The notes under the pieces are model-generated. The model saw only the letters and a list, made by a program, of their open reading frames with translations, was not told where the DNA came from and made no database searches. Positions 1 through 8,670 of a stretch of DNA of 12,098 bases are shown here, in pieces (the stretch's first letter is position 1; each line of letters opens with the position of its first letter). Origin of the DNA: a virus. Its lineage: Duplodnaviria; Heunggongvirae; Uroviricota; Caudoviricetes. The stretch is from IMG/VR virus record IMGVR_UViG_2541047691_000007; one strand, given 5' to 3'. The position numbers and the translations under genes were made by a program.

Positions 1-109
1 TTGTACAGCTCAGGCCAAGATAGCTGGCAGAATCCAGGGTTTCTGCTGTTACCGGTGCAGACGAAATCATAATTTTCGTCAGTTGCGAACGCTCAAAATT
101 AGAGGACAT
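1..109 (-). CDS. Phage structural protein, N-terminal 36 codons only (gene continues past window start); position after the tail-completion gene suggests the major tail subunit
   Basis: Minus-strand ATG at 109..107 preceded by AGGAG with 6-nt spacer; reads MSSNFERSQLTKIMISSAPVTAETLDSASYLGLSCT with no stop to position 1. Sits directly after an intrinsic terminator. Product inferred from gene order only. Confidence 0.45.
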   Translation of the reverse strand, partial: MSSNFERSQLTKIMISSAPVTAETLDSASYLGLSCT

Positions 110-126
110 ACTCGTCTCCTGAAAAT

Positions 127-148
127 AAAAAAACCCGCCAGCGGCGGG
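127..148 (-). terminator. Rho-independent terminator after the tail-completion-like gene
   Basis: On the minus strand: CCCGCC / GGCGGG stem with short loop, followed by a 7-U run (plus-strand A run 127..133), 20-40 nt after the stop at 170. Confidence 0.6.
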
Positions 149-169
149 TGGGTAAAATCATTAATGACC

Positions 170-514
170 TCAGGCTATTACTTGGAATTCAAGCGTGGCT
201 CTGCTCAGACGGGAGTCAGGATCATAACCCTGCGTTTTAGAAATAACGGAGGGTGCCAGTTTTCTTACCGCATCAAGCGCCTGCTCACGAATATTATCTG
301 CGTCATCAGGTACTGTCGCCCAGACATCGATCTGCACGGTAATTCTGGATTCAGCCTGCCCATCAAGCACATCAGATGCCGTGTCAGACACCACAGAAAA
401 CACCAGCCACGGCGGAGATACCGCAGGCTTTCCCTCCGTCAGTGGGACCACATAAGGATAAACCTGTCCTCCGGCCAGCTGAGACAACAGGGAATACAGT
501 GTGGCCTCTCTCAT
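170..514 (-). CDS. Phage tail-completion / tail-terminator-like protein (DUF3168-like), 114 aa
   Basis: ORF-track protein MREATLYSLLSQLAGGQVYPYVVP...; ATG 514..512 overlaps the upstream stop 513..511 (ATGA coupling). Family assignment from gene order and general resemblance, not a search. Confidence 0.6.
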   Translation of the reverse strand: MREATLYSLLSQLAGGQVYPYVVPLTEGKPAVSPPWLVFSVVSDTASDVLDGQAESRITVQIDVWATVPDDADNIREQALDAVRKLAPSVISKTQGYDPDSRLSRATLEFQVIA

Positions 515-957
515 TTACTTAAGACCTCATCAATAGCCTGATTCATTCGCTGTATGGCAATCCGTGCTGCCAGTTCCTCTGTCGTATCGAAAGCCGGGCG
601 AATGAATGGATGCGCGGGCATGTTTATCGTTCCCAGCTCCACAAAGCGCCAGTAAAATGTATTTCGGGGATCGCTGGCTTTCATGCTGTTATCACTGTTT
701 CCGGTTCGCAGGTTCCGTCCGCGAATGTGGACACCCGAGATAATTTCCCCCCGACGCTTTGAACGCTGAGTGAGAACAACCACATTTTTCTTCAGTTTCC
801 CGGTTCGCTCCGGCGCACGTTCAACAACTGCATCCCGCATAACTTCAGCACCGGCACGGGTGGCATCGCGCAGAACCTTATTGTTTTCTGCCCTGCTGAG
901 CGTCTCCAAATCCCGTGCAATATCCGCCAGGCCGGAAAAATCAAGACTGAAATCCAT
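511..957 (-). CDS. HK97 gp10-family phage protein (head-tail joining region)
   Basis: Track ORF 511..960 begins at GTG; ATG at 957..955 gives MDFSLDFSGLADIARDLETL... and overlaps the upstream stop (ATGA). Gene order connector > head closure > gp10-like is typical of HK97-like siphophages. Confidence 0.7.
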   Translation of the reverse strand: MDFSLDFSGLADIARDLETLSRAENNKVLRDATRAGAEVMRDAVVERAPERTGKLKKNVVVLTQRSKRRGEIISGVHIRGRNLRTGNSDNSMKASDPRNTFYWRFVELGTINMPAHPFIRPAFDTTEELAARIAIQRMNQAIDEVLSK

Positions 958-1295
958 CACACATTCCCCTTCAGGCTGCAGAGTATTTCAAGCCGGGTAG
1001 CGCGTGCATCCGGTATTGGTGGACCTTCTATACCCAGAATGGCCCCTTTAAATGCACCGGTCAGCACTTTCAGACGTGAAGTCGCTGTCACATCGCGCCG
1101 GAATCTCATCCAGACTCTGACCGTAGCCTGAGCGGTTTCTGCTCCGCCTGAGATTATCTCCCTCCCGCTGATACCCTTAACTTCTGCCCATACGGTAGCT
1201 CCCTCCGTCACCGTCTCCACCGGATGCCCTGACGGAGAGCGGGCGGTGGTGACATTCAGAATAATTACGCGATCACGTAATCTGCCCGCCTGCAT
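957..1295 (-). CDS. Phage head closure / head-tail adaptor protein (HK97 gp7-like), 112 aa
   Basis: ATG at 1295 with strong SD GGAGGAG just upstream; protein MQAGRLRDRVIILNVTTARSPSGHPVETVTEGATVWAEVKG...; family by recognition and position. Confidence 0.7.
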   Translation of the reverse strand: MQAGRLRDRVIILNVTTARSPSGHPVETVTEGATVWAEVKGISGREIISGGAETAQATVRVWMRFRRDVTATSRLKVLTGAFKGAILGIEGPPIPDARATRLEILCSLKGNV

Positions 1296-1303
1296 GTCTC
1301 CTC

Positions 1304-1621
1304 CTACAAAGGAATAAAACGATAAGGCTCCAGCAGAGAAGAAAAACCAAACGGGACTGGTGCCTTGCTGACATCTGAGGAATTTTCCCGGTTTTCGTAC
1401 CAGTGCCCGACCAGCAACATGAGCGCCAGCAAAACATCATCAGCTATAAGCACCCCTTCAGGATCACCTTCCGGCACCGTCTCCTCATAAAGCTTACGGT
1501 TGATAAAATTTTCTGCCTTGCGGCAGGCAGCCCGGAAATACAGCATCAGTAACTCATCATCAGTTGCATCATCTGTATCAATACGGCACTGCGCCCTGAG
1601 TTTTTCCACTATTGCTGCCAT
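1304..1621 (-). CDS. Phage head-tail connector protein (gp6-like), about 105 aa
   Basis: Track ORF 1304..1801 overlaps the capsid gene and a terminator; internal ATG at 1621 (MAAIVEKLRAQCRIDTDDATDDELLMLYFRAACRKAENF...) has AGGAG 7 nt upstream and lies just downstream of the terminator. Confidence 0.7.
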   Translation of the reverse strand: MAAIVEKLRAQCRIDTDDATDDELLMLYFRAACRKAENFINRKLYEETVPEGDPEGVLIADDVLLALMLLVGHWYENRENSSDVSKAPVPFGFSSLLEPYRFIPL

Positions 1622-1654
1622 CAGAAACTCCTGCCCGCAACACTGTGCGGGCAT

Positions 1655-1677
1655 AAAAAAACCGCGTCGGCGCGGTC
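1655..1677 (-). terminator. Rho-independent terminator immediately after the major capsid gene
   Basis: Minus strand reads ACCGCG-CCGA-CGCGGT (6-bp GC stem, 4-nt loop) followed by 7 U (plus A run 1655..1661), about 20 nt after the capsid stop at 1698. Confidence 0.65.
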
Positions 1678-1697
1678 TGTAACTGAACAACGAGTGG

Positions 1698-2915
1698 TTA
1701 TTTGCCAGTGAGCGCCTTGATGGCTGCCACATCTTCCAGCACACAGTCAAAACGATGGAAAGCCAGAAATGCCACCTGATCAAACTCAGCATAACGCTCA
1801 ACCAGACGTTTCAGTTCCATATAAGTAACGCGGCGAATGATAAAGCGGTTGAAATCCCCCAGGAAAATGAATTTTTTTCCGGTACCAATCCCGTCAATAG
1901 CCTGATCAATAACATAAGGGATCCCCAGCACAGTAGCCGGCGTACCGCCTGCAATATCCGGCAGCCATAACGGGCGTTTCTGTCCATCCTCCATCTCTTC
2001 AATAGTCTGCAATGTGGCATCATTGAATGCCCAGCGGTATTTCGGCCCACCACGATATGCCGGATCAATGGCATGTTTCAGGGCATTCATTTCTTTCCAG
2101 GTGAAAGCGGCAGAGGCTGCAGTCTGGATGATTCCCGTCACCGACGCTGCCAGCCCTTTTGGCTGTAACGGTGATCCCGTTCCGGTCCCCTGAACCAGAT
2201 ATTTCGCCTCTCCACGACCAATACGCTGGGCAATACGGTTTGCCAGATAAGATTCAATATCCACCCCACTGTCCTGGAGCAGCTCATTGGACACACGAAT
2301 TATTTTTGATGACAGCTTTTTAGCCCCCAGAATAGCGGTCCCGAACGTCACATCCTGTTCCGTTGCGGCTGTATTTTCCGCCAGCAGTTCGCCCTCTTCA
2401 GTCGTGCCATCAGACGTTGACCAGGTGATATCCTGCCCGGTTGATGTGGTCAGAAGTTGCGCAACACTGGCAATCCCGCCATAAGCCTTCATGGTGTCAA
2501 TGATTTTGTTACGCATCTGCGTGGGCACCGTATATCCGCCCTGAGAATCCGTTGTTACACTCTGAGCCCGCAGTTCACGCATCAGATTACGCTCTTCAGC
2601 ATTCAGTTCTGCAAATCCGGCACGCAGAAAACGGTTAAATGCCGCAGCGCGCTTCTCTTCCACCGCCTTTTTCCCGTTCTCCGCCTCATTATTCTGGCGC
2701 TCTTCCGGCCCGGACTCATCCACATATGCCTGATCCTGACGGCGCAACTCTTCTTCACGGGCGATTTGCTCATCCAGCGCATCCAGCTCAGCTTTCGCCC
2801 TGTTCCACTCTGCCCGTTGCTCATCAGTCCATGCGTTATCACCAATTTTTTCATGCAGTGCACGCATATCCTTTGCAATGGTGTTTCGTTTTTGCTTCAT
2901 CTCATGAAGTTTCAT
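1698..2915 (-). CDS. Major capsid protein, HK97 family (405 aa) with N-terminal coiled-coil delta/scaffold-like domain
   Basis: ATG at 2915; N-terminal charged helical region (MKLHEMKQKRNTIAKDMRALHEKIGD...ELDALDEQIAREEELRR) followed by a capsid-like body; directly downstream of the prohead protease as in HK97-like heads. Confidence 0.88.
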   Translation of the reverse strand: MKLHEMKQKRNTIAKDMRALHEKIGDNAWTDEQRAEWNRAKAELDALDEQIAREEELRRQDQAYVDESGPEERQNNEAENGKKAVEEKRAAAFNRFLRAGFAELNAEERNLMRELRAQSVTTDSQGGYTVPTQMRNKIIDTMKAYGGIASVAQLLTTSTGQDITWSTSDGTTEEGELLAENTAATEQDVTFGTAILGAKKLSSKIIRVSNELLQDSGVDIESYLANRIAQRIGRGEAKYLVQGTGTGSPLQPKGLAASVTGIIQTAASAAFTWKEMNALKHAIDPAYRGGPKYRWAFNDATLQTIEEMEDGQKRPLWLPDIAGGTPATVLGIPYVIDQAIDGIGTGKKFIFLGDFNRFIIRRVTYMELKRLVERYAEFDQVAFLAFHRFDCVLEDVAAIKALTGK

Positions 2916-2929
2916 CGTCAGTAGTATCC

Positions 2930-3529
2930 TTATGCATTAAGAAGGGTCAAAAGACGCTCACGCGCCATTCGTTCGTTAACAGCTTTCTTCAGCGCACCAC
3001 TCGCCCGCGCTTCCTGCCAGGCTTTCATTGAGCGGACACCAGAGTCTGCGTCCTGATAGGCCGGATATGTCACCGGGCTGACGTCATACAGACGAGAAAT
3101 GCGCGTGATTTCCCGGATAACAATCCCCTCGTCGTCTTCATACCAGCTCTCTCCATCACGAGCGACGCGAAACGCGAACGAGGACTGATTAATGTCACCA
3201 CGCAACATTGGTGACAGCACCAGGTCACAAATCGTCGGCGTATCCGGTGCAACAATGTCGTAACGCAAACCACGTTCATCCACTGATAATGACAACGTGC
3301 CGGCAGAACTTCGTCCGAGAATGAAATTAGGATCATGATTAAACAATCCACGTACATCATCATTCAGCACGTCGTCAAAAGCCCCCGGCTTGATGATTTC
3401 ACGAAATCCCCACAGAGGTTCTGAACGACTGTTAAATACCGAGCCATACCCCAAAATATGAGTCGGGGCATTATCATATTGTTCTGCCCGCACTTCCCCG
3501 CTGTAACAGCGCGTTTCACGGTCATTCAT
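2930..3529 (-). CDS. Prohead maturation protease, HK97 family (peptidase S78/U35)
   Basis: Track ORF 2930..3568 starts inside the portal gene; ATG at 3529 (MNDRETRCYSGEVRAEQYD...) has AGAGGA SD and overlaps the portal stop by 8 nt. Position between portal and capsid genes. Confidence 0.82.
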   Translation of the reverse strand: MNDRETRCYSGEVRAEQYDNAPTHILGYGSVFNSRSEPLWGFREIIKPGAFDDVLNDDVRGLFNHDPNFILGRSSAGTLSLSVDERGLRYDIVAPDTPTICDLVLSPMLRGDINQSSFAFRVARDGESWYEDDEGIVIREITRISRLYDVSPVTYPAYQDADSGVRSMKAWQEARASGALKKAVNERMARERLLTLLNA

Positions 3530-4748
3530 CGTTCTTTTCCTCTTTGCCTTTCGTATCTTTAAAATCATTCAACGGATTTGCTGCATTTACGCTGACCAGC
3601 ATTTCATCCAGACCATCAACCGGGTTCATGTCCTCAAATGCCCTCGCTTCATTCCGGCTCATCCAGCCATCTGTAATGGCAAAGTGATAAAACTGCGCAC
3701 GCTCCTGTGGAGTCCCGCGGAGCAATCCTGTAAGGTTGAAACGAACGTAATACCCGGCAGCCCGTTCTGTGCGGGTAAACAGGCGACGGTTAAGCTCCTG
3801 CTCCCAGTTCGCAACCCAGGGCATCATCGTGTAGCGAACAAACTGAATCGCCTGCTGTGTAATATTCGAAAATGTGGCTTTTTCCAGGTCATTAATCATG
3901 TGCGCCGGGACATTAAAAATTCCGGCAATCATCGACCGGTTCAGCTTGGTCATATCAATGATCTGAGCATCCACCGGAGAAACTGTCAGGGCACGGTAAT
4001 CCAGTTGCGCAGGCAGCAGCATGGTTTTATTTTCCTGACTGCGAAGCGCTGTCACCGCCCGCTGCCACATATTCTTGAGCCTGCTCCAACTCTGTTCGTT
4101 CAGTTCATTTTTCACAGAAATAATCCCGGCAGGACGGGCATTACCGTTAAAAAAAGCACTGGTATACTGCTGACCACTCATTCCCATACCAATGGTTTCA
4201 GCATGCTGCATGATCGGACTCAGTCCCATTTTCTGATTGTTTCCCAGCGCCCTGATATGGATCATGTCGTCCGGACTTACCGCAAATGCACCCTCTTCGT
4301 TATACACACCGTAGGTATGACGCCCTCCAGTGTTAAGTAACGTGGTTTCCCATGGCATACAGCATTCAAGACTGGTAACCTCGCCACGACGATTACGTTT
4401 CACCCACGTATAACCATTGCCCCACCCCAGCACATGACGCTGCTTCAGTTCCCGCCACTTATAGCTGGTCTGCCAGGCATTCGGTTCATCATGAACGAGC
4501 CAGAACAACGGGTGATCGCGTGCCGGCTGAACATGCTCATTCGTTTTTCGCATCACATGCAGGGGCATCTGAGCCACACTGGATGAAATAACATAAATAC
4601 AGGCATAGACAGCAGCCAGCCTCATGGACGTTTCCGGACTGACATACACATCCCGGGCAAAAATATTATCCGTCTCAGCGGCCTCTCCGGTTACCGGAAC
4701 CGAGGGATTTTCCAGAGGCTCACTGCGAAACAGAGCATCAAGAAGCAT
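3522..4748 (-). CDS. Portal protein, HK97 family (408 aa)
   Basis: Track ORF; sits between large terminase and protease; GGAG SD upstream of the start. Coordinates taken from the track. Confidence 0.88.
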   Translation of the reverse strand: MLLDALFRSEPLENPSVPVTGEAAETDNIFARDVYVSPETSMRLAAVYACIYVISSSVAQMPLHVMRKTNEHVQPARDHPLFWLVHDEPNAWQTSYKWRELKQRHVLGWGNGYTWVKRNRRGEVTSLECCMPWETTLLNTGGRHTYGVYNEEGAFAVSPDDMIHIRALGNNQKMGLSPIMQHAETIGMGMSGQQYTSAFFNGNARPAGIISVKNELNEQSWSRLKNMWQRAVTALRSQENKTMLLPAQLDYRALTVSPVDAQIIDMTKLNRSMIAGIFNVPAHMINDLEKATFSNITQQAIQFVRYTMMPWVANWEQELNRRLFTRTERAAGYYVRFNLTGLLRGTPQERAQFYHFAITDGWMSRNEARAFEDMNPVDGLDEMLVSVNAANPLNDFKDTKGKEEKNDE

Positions 4749-4895
4749 GTTTTCTCCTCATGGACACCACCAGTGCATAAAGCAGCAACAAACAGCCAGA
4801 CAGCATCAGAGACGCTGGCAGACCTGCATACAGATAAACGCCAGCAGTGAGCAGACCGAAACCGATCAGCCCGGTCATATCAGTAATAAGCTGTT

Positions 4896-6653
4896 TCACA
4901 GAATTAACAGGTCCTCATCAGGATCAAGCGTGGACAGAAAGTCATTCACGCCCCCGCCATTTACCAGAAAGCGGCTCATGGCTGTAAAAAGCGCAACAGG
5001 GCCGTCGATTTTGGCTTCCGGCGTGGATTTATTCGGGAAGATGTTGTCGTTTTTGTCCGGTTTTACAGTAACGTTAGACATCATCCAGTTCATGACCGGA
5101 TGATTGCTGTGATGGAAACGCCCGGCATAAACCAGTGATTCCGTTTCCTTCATGGCCTCTGACAGATTGCGGACCGTCTGCGGAACCTCCACCAGCGGTA
5201 TCCCTTCTTCAGCCAGTGCCAGACTGAACTGCATTGCGCTCCACGGGTCAAATCCCAGTTCCCTGAGGTTTTCACCGCCAATCCATTCCAGTAAGTCACT
5301 TTTTATCTGAGCATGATCGATAACATCACCATCCGTCAGGATGAGCTTATCCATCTCCGCCCACTTCCGGTAAAGTTCTGCCTGCTGCCGCGAGCATCGT
5401 TCCAGCCGTCCTTCCGGAAGCCAGAATTTAAAATCAGCATGAACATGTCCGTTATCGGTTCGCCAGAGTTTTGCCGCCGCACAGATATCAATCTTATGAG
5501 CAAGGTCGACGCCGACCCACATGGGATATGTTTTCAGCTCATGTTGTGGAGCAATGTATTCGCACTTCTCCCACTTAATCATATCCATCCAGGCAGATTC
5601 GGCAGTGACCCACACATTCATGTGTTTGGTAAAAAAATTCACCCGCGCAGAGACCTGCTCCTTCGCTTTTTTCGCCAGACGACGCAGATCATCCCAGCGT
5701 TTACAGATGCCCAGGCCAGGATTCGCTTTCTGCCAGACCGTTTCATCAAACGGATCATCTCCCTCATCAAGCGTGTAAATGATCGCAAAGTAAGAGTCGT
5801 CTTTTACAGCGCCCTCCACGTCGCTGTTATAGCCTCGCAATACCTTGATGGCGTAATCACGCTGCTCGTAACAAATCCCTTCCTTGTTAAAGCCAGCCGT
5901 GGTGATACCAAATAACAGGGACTGCAGACGGGCACCGGTTGCCGTTTCCAGAACGTCCCACACGTCGCGGGTTTTATGTGCATGCAGCTCATCAATAATG
6001 GCGCAGTGGATGTTCAGACCGTCCAGGTTGTTTGCATCCGAGGAAAGCGGTTCAAATTTTGATGCGCTCTGCTCCTGGTAAATCGCCAGCTTGTTGAAAT
6101 CAAACAACCGCCCGAGTGTCGACCGGGCTTTTCTGACCATATTTTTGGCGTCTTCAAACACGATTCTGGCCTGGTCACGCGTGGTTGCGGCTGAATACAC
6201 CTCAGCTCCGCCTTCACTATCTGCCCCCGTCATATACAGGCCGATACCCGATGACAGGGTTGATTTTGCGTTTTTACGGGCGACTTCGTTGTACGCCGTC
6301 CGGAACCGGCGCACCATCACCGGACGTCCGCTGCCATCGCTGCGCATGACAACTTCCCCGGTTTCTTCATTGACCAGCGGAATGACAAAACCAAAAATAT
6401 TAATGAGGATAAATACATGCCAGTCCATCAACTCAATGGGCTGGCCTGCCAGTGCCCCTTTTACATGAGGCACAAATTTGTAGAAATTCAGGATGTGCTG
6501 CGCACGGGGTTCACTGAAATAAATCCCCCGCTTTTCGCCGTACTTCAGATCATCAAGAAAACGCTGGCAGGCCAGGCGGACAAATTCGCCAGCAACAATT
6601 TCTCCTGCAACAACACGTTCGGCGTAGCGGATCCCGTCAGCCACTTTTGCCAT
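4896..6653 (-). CDS. Terminase large subunit (585 aa)
   Basis: ATG at 6653 overlaps the small-terminase stop (ATGA); size and position typical of TerL; C-terminal nuclease-like region. Recognised by family resemblance. Confidence 0.9.
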   Translation of the reverse strand: MAKVADGIRYAERVVAGEIVAGEFVRLACQRFLDDLKYGEKRGIYFSEPRAQHILNFYKFVPHVKGALAGQPIELMDWHVFILINIFGFVIPLVNEETGEVVMRSDGSGRPVMVRRFRTAYNEVARKNAKSTLSSGIGLYMTGADSEGGAEVYSAATTRDQARIVFEDAKNMVRKARSTLGRLFDFNKLAIYQEQSASKFEPLSSDANNLDGLNIHCAIIDELHAHKTRDVWDVLETATGARLQSLLFGITTAGFNKEGICYEQRDYAIKVLRGYNSDVEGAVKDDSYFAIIYTLDEGDDPFDETVWQKANPGLGICKRWDDLRRLAKKAKEQVSARVNFFTKHMNVWVTAESAWMDMIKWEKCEYIAPQHELKTYPMWVGVDLAHKIDICAAAKLWRTDNGHVHADFKFWLPEGRLERCSRQQAELYRKWAEMDKLILTDGDVIDHAQIKSDLLEWIGGENLRELGFDPWSAMQFSLALAEEGIPLVEVPQTVRNLSEAMKETESLVYAGRFHHSNHPVMNWMMSNVTVKPDKNDNIFPNKSTPEAKIDGPVALFTAMSRFLVNGGGVNDFLSTLDPDEDLLIL

Positions 6654-7135
6654 CAGTCTCTCGCTTTTAAAAGCTCTGCCAGCGGATCAACATTATCCGG
6701 TCCGGCGGTATTTACTTTTGCCCGGCTTGCCGGTGACATACCAAATTCTGCAAGCATCGCCCGGATCCGCTTCCAGGCATCCGCTTTCATCGCAGCAGCC
6801 GGGTGTGCCTTAATCAGCACATCACCGTTCTGCGTTTCCGAGCGGTAGGTGTACCCCTCAACATCGAGTGTTTCGCAGTGATGCCGGTATTCGGTATAGG
6901 CTTCCACCAGTAGCTCAAGCGCACGCGCATCAAGCTGAGAAATGATCCCTTCCGCATTCAGCTCTTCCGCCATTCGCCTGAACCAGTACTTCCCCTGCGC
7001 CCCTAAATGTTGCGGAATTTTAGGGAGACCTTTTTCATCCTTTTTAGCGGTTTTTTTGAGGTCTTTAACTGGCCGCTTTGAGGGGTTGCCTCGTATCAAA
7101 TGCAGGCGTGGCGGGGTTTTCGGGGGTCCAGACAT
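6653..7135 (-). CDS. Terminase small subunit (P27-family-like), 160 aa
   Basis: ATG at 7135; basic N-terminus MSGPPKTPPRLHLIRGNPSKRPVKDLKK; immediately upstream of and translationally coupled to TerL. Confidence 0.82.
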   Translation of the reverse strand: MSGPPKTPPRLHLIRGNPSKRPVKDLKKTAKKDEKGLPKIPQHLGAQGKYWFRRMAEELNAEGIISQLDARALELLVEAYTEYRHHCETLDVEGYTYRSETQNGDVLIKAHPAAAMKADAWKRIRAMLAEFGMSPASRAKVNTAGPDNVDPLAELLKARD

Positions 7136-7282
7136 AATCGGTTTTACCTATCAATCATTTAATCACATTCCAAAAAAAAGTTTTCGAACCTGCGGCGATG
7201 CGAGGAAAGGTCAGGCGGCGGTACTGAGCAGCCAGAGCTGCAGAGATTTGACCCGCCCCTCCCCTACAGATGGGAACTGTTA
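7136..7282. other. Candidate cos (cohesive-end / terminase recognition) region between HNH and small terminase genes
   Basis: 147-nt non-coding gap with a GC-rich core (GACCCGCCCCTCCCC, GGCGGCGG) flanked by A/T runs. In HK97-like phages with an HNH-terminase pair, cos lies between the HNH gene and terS. Exact cut site not identifiable by eye. Confidence 0.35.
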
Positions 7283-7633
7283 TCAATTGATGCGTTCGCG
7301 CGCTGTTTTTGCTTTATGACAGGGCCAGCACAGACTCTGCAGGTTACTGTCTGCATCCGTGCCACCATGAGCTTTCGGAATGATGTGGTCCACAGTTCTG
7401 GCTTCAACGGCTCTCCCATTGCGCAGGCAGTTCTGACACAGATGATTATCACGCTTCAGTATGCGCGCACGTATGGCATCCCATTTCGAGCCATAGCCAC
7501 GCTGGTGGCGGCTCAGTCCGCGTTGATGCTGTACCCATCCTTCGCCACGATGTTTATCGCAGTAACCAGAACTGTCTGTGGTTGTACCTGCACATCCACG
7601 CTTACGGCAGGCGCGTGGGATTCGTGATGGCAT
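7283..7633 (-). CDS. HNH endonuclease (terminase-associated), 116 aa
   Basis: ATG at 7633 with GAGGT SD; Cys-rich N-terminus (CRKRGCAGTTTDSSGYCDKH) and HNH core (DHIIPKAHGGTDADSNLQSLCWPCH); located just upstream of terS. Confidence 0.85.
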   Translation of the reverse strand: MPSRIPRACRKRGCAGTTTDSSGYCDKHRGEGWVQHQRGLSRHQRGYGSKWDAIRARILKRDNHLCQNCLRNGRAVEARTVDHIIPKAHGGTDADSNLQSLCWPCHKAKTARERIN

Positions 7634-7675
7634 AAATACCTCATACCCTGCGAAATGTTTACCACGATAAAAAGG

Positions 7676-8140
7676 CTACTTAATGCACTGAGTGCGGATA
7701 TACTCCTGCGCCCCTTCCAGTTGCATCTGCATCGTCATCAGCCGCTCTCTGAGGGTGAAATAATCCCGTTCAGCGGTGTCTGCCAGTCGGGGGCTGGTTG
7801 CATTATCCACGCCGGAGGCGGTGGTGGCTTCACGCACTGACTGACAGACTGCTTTGATGTGCAACCGACGACGACCAGCGGCAACATCAGCGCGCAGAGT
7901 TTCATTTTCAGCTTTCGCATTGGCTAATTCTCTCGAGTACTTTGCATCGAGCGCAGCAACATCACGCTGACGCTGCTGCATGTCAGCGATGGTGGCGATC
8001 GCCAGCTTCAGCTCACTGACTTTTTTATCACGCTGTTCTTTGTAGGCGATGGCGTTATCACGGTAATGATTGACCGCCCACGACAGGCAGACGATGATGC
8101 AAATAACCAGAGCATAAATAATCGCGGCGACTCTGCTCAC
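7676..8140 (-). CDS. Rz: Rz i-spanin (inner-membrane spanin), lambda-like
   Basis: Track ORF starts at TTG 8155; probable start is GTG at 8140 overlapping the endolysin stop, with GGGGGA SD, giving (M)[29 protein letters not shown]..., closely resembling lambda Rz as I recall it. Confidence 0.88.
   Translation of the reverse strand: MSRVAAIIYALVICIIVCLSWAVNHYRDNAIAYKEQRDKKVSELKLAIATIADMQQRQRDVAALDAKYSRELANAKAENETLRADVAAGRRRLHIKAVCQSVREATTASGVDNATSPRLADTAERDYFTLRERLMTMQMQLEGAQEYIRTQCIK
7738..7920 (-). CDS. Rz1: Rz1 o-spanin (outer-membrane lipoprotein) embedded in the +1 frame of Rz
   Basis: 60-aa ORF wholly inside Rz; lipobox LVVVGC and a PPPPP run ([60 protein letters not shown]), near-identical in pattern to lambda Rz1. 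Confidence 0.85.
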   Translation of the reverse strand: MRKLKMKLCALMLPLVVVGCTSKQSVSQCVKPPPPPAWIMQPAPDWQTPLNGIISPSESG

Positions 8141-8670
8141 TGATCTATCCCCCAACAGGCTAATGCGCTTTCCTGGTCACGACGAATAACCTGTCCATAG
8201 CAGTTATTTGAACGTATGCGGCAATCGCGCCCACCATCTTTTATCCACCAGCGAATCGCCTCGCATGCGCCCTTACGATCACCGGCATTCAGCCGCTTAT
8301 AAAACGTCGACGGGAAACACTTACCGGGGCCAATGTTATAGGGACAAAATGACGCGATACCCGCTTTCTGTGGTTCGGTCAGTGGCACTTTAATATTGCG
8401 CTCCACCCATGCCAGCGCCTTATCCCGTTCAATGGCGTTAACCTGGTCGCATTTTTCCTTCGACAGTTTCATACCGGGAACAACGGGTTTTCCATCCACC
8501 ACCGTGGCACCCCGACAGATGGTCCAGATGCCGGCCCCATCGCGGTATGCCGTTGTGTGGTTACCTTCTTTTTCATCCAGAAACTGGTCGAGAATATCAG
8601 GCGCGGGCGCACCGACGGCAATCAGTGCCAGAACGGCAGCCGACAGGCCGTATCTGATTTTTGCGTTCAT
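8137..8670 (-). CDS. R: SAR endolysin (glycoside hydrolase family 24 lysozyme with N-terminal signal-anchor-release domain)
   Basis: ATG at 8670; Gly/Ala-rich weakly hydrophobic N-terminus ([18 protein letters not shown]) typical of SAR domains; T4-lysozyme-like catalytic spacing E-x8-D-x5-T in [16 protein letters not shown]. No clear SD upstream. Confidence 0.85.
   Translation of the reverse strand: MNAKIRYGLSAAVLALIAVGAPAPDILDQFLDEKEGNHTTAYRDGAGIWTICRGATVVDGKPVVPGMKLSKEKCDQVNAIERDKALAWVERNIKVPLTEPQKAGIASFCPYNIGPGKCFPSTFYKRLNAGDRKGACEAIRWWIKDGGRDCRIRSNNCYGQVIRRDQESALACWGIDQ

Noticed and set aside
83-541. Plus-strand ORF of 152 aa
   Set aside because: Antisense to and fully overlapping the minus-strand tail-completion-like gene and a minus-strand terminator; Arg-rich, low-complexity translation typical of a shadow ORF.
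1622-1801. 5' extension of the connector ORF (track start 1801)
   Set aside because: It overlaps the 3' end of the capsid gene and the terminator; the internal ATG at 1621 has a strong SD.
1811-3363. Minus-strand ORFs 1811..2074, 2603..2878 and 3070..3363
   Set aside because: Alternative-frame ORFs wholly inside the capsid and protease genes, with no independent support.
3530-3568. 5' extension of the protease ORF (track start 3568)
   Set aside because: It lies inside the portal coding sequence; the ATG at 3529 has an AGAGGA SD and overlaps the portal stop in the usual coupled arrangement.
2457-4340. Plus-strand ORFs 2457..2924, 2639..3031 and 3684..4340
   Set aside because: All lie antisense within the capsid, protease and portal genes; no SD or recognisable domains; the minus-strand genes are tightly coupled and explain the coding signal.
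4737-4750. Apparent frame disruption near the portal start in my hand translation
   Set aside because: Counting bases by eye I read one extra A (CATCAAAGAAG), which would give M-L-L-stop. The ORF track shows an intact 408-aa portal from 4748, so this is most likely my counting error; flagged only for re-checking against the raw sequence.
4624-6848. Plus-strand ORFs 4624..5103, 5313..5915, 5521..5778, 5884..6081, 6091..6468 and 6417..6848
   Set aside because: Antisense to portal, large terminase and small terminase; classic shadow ORFs.
6942-7627. Plus-strand ORFs 6942..7319 and 7316..7627, and minus-strand ORF 7264..7452
   Set aside because: They overlap the small terminase, the candidate cos region or the HNH gene in other frames or antisense; the HNH gene has clear motifs and an SD.
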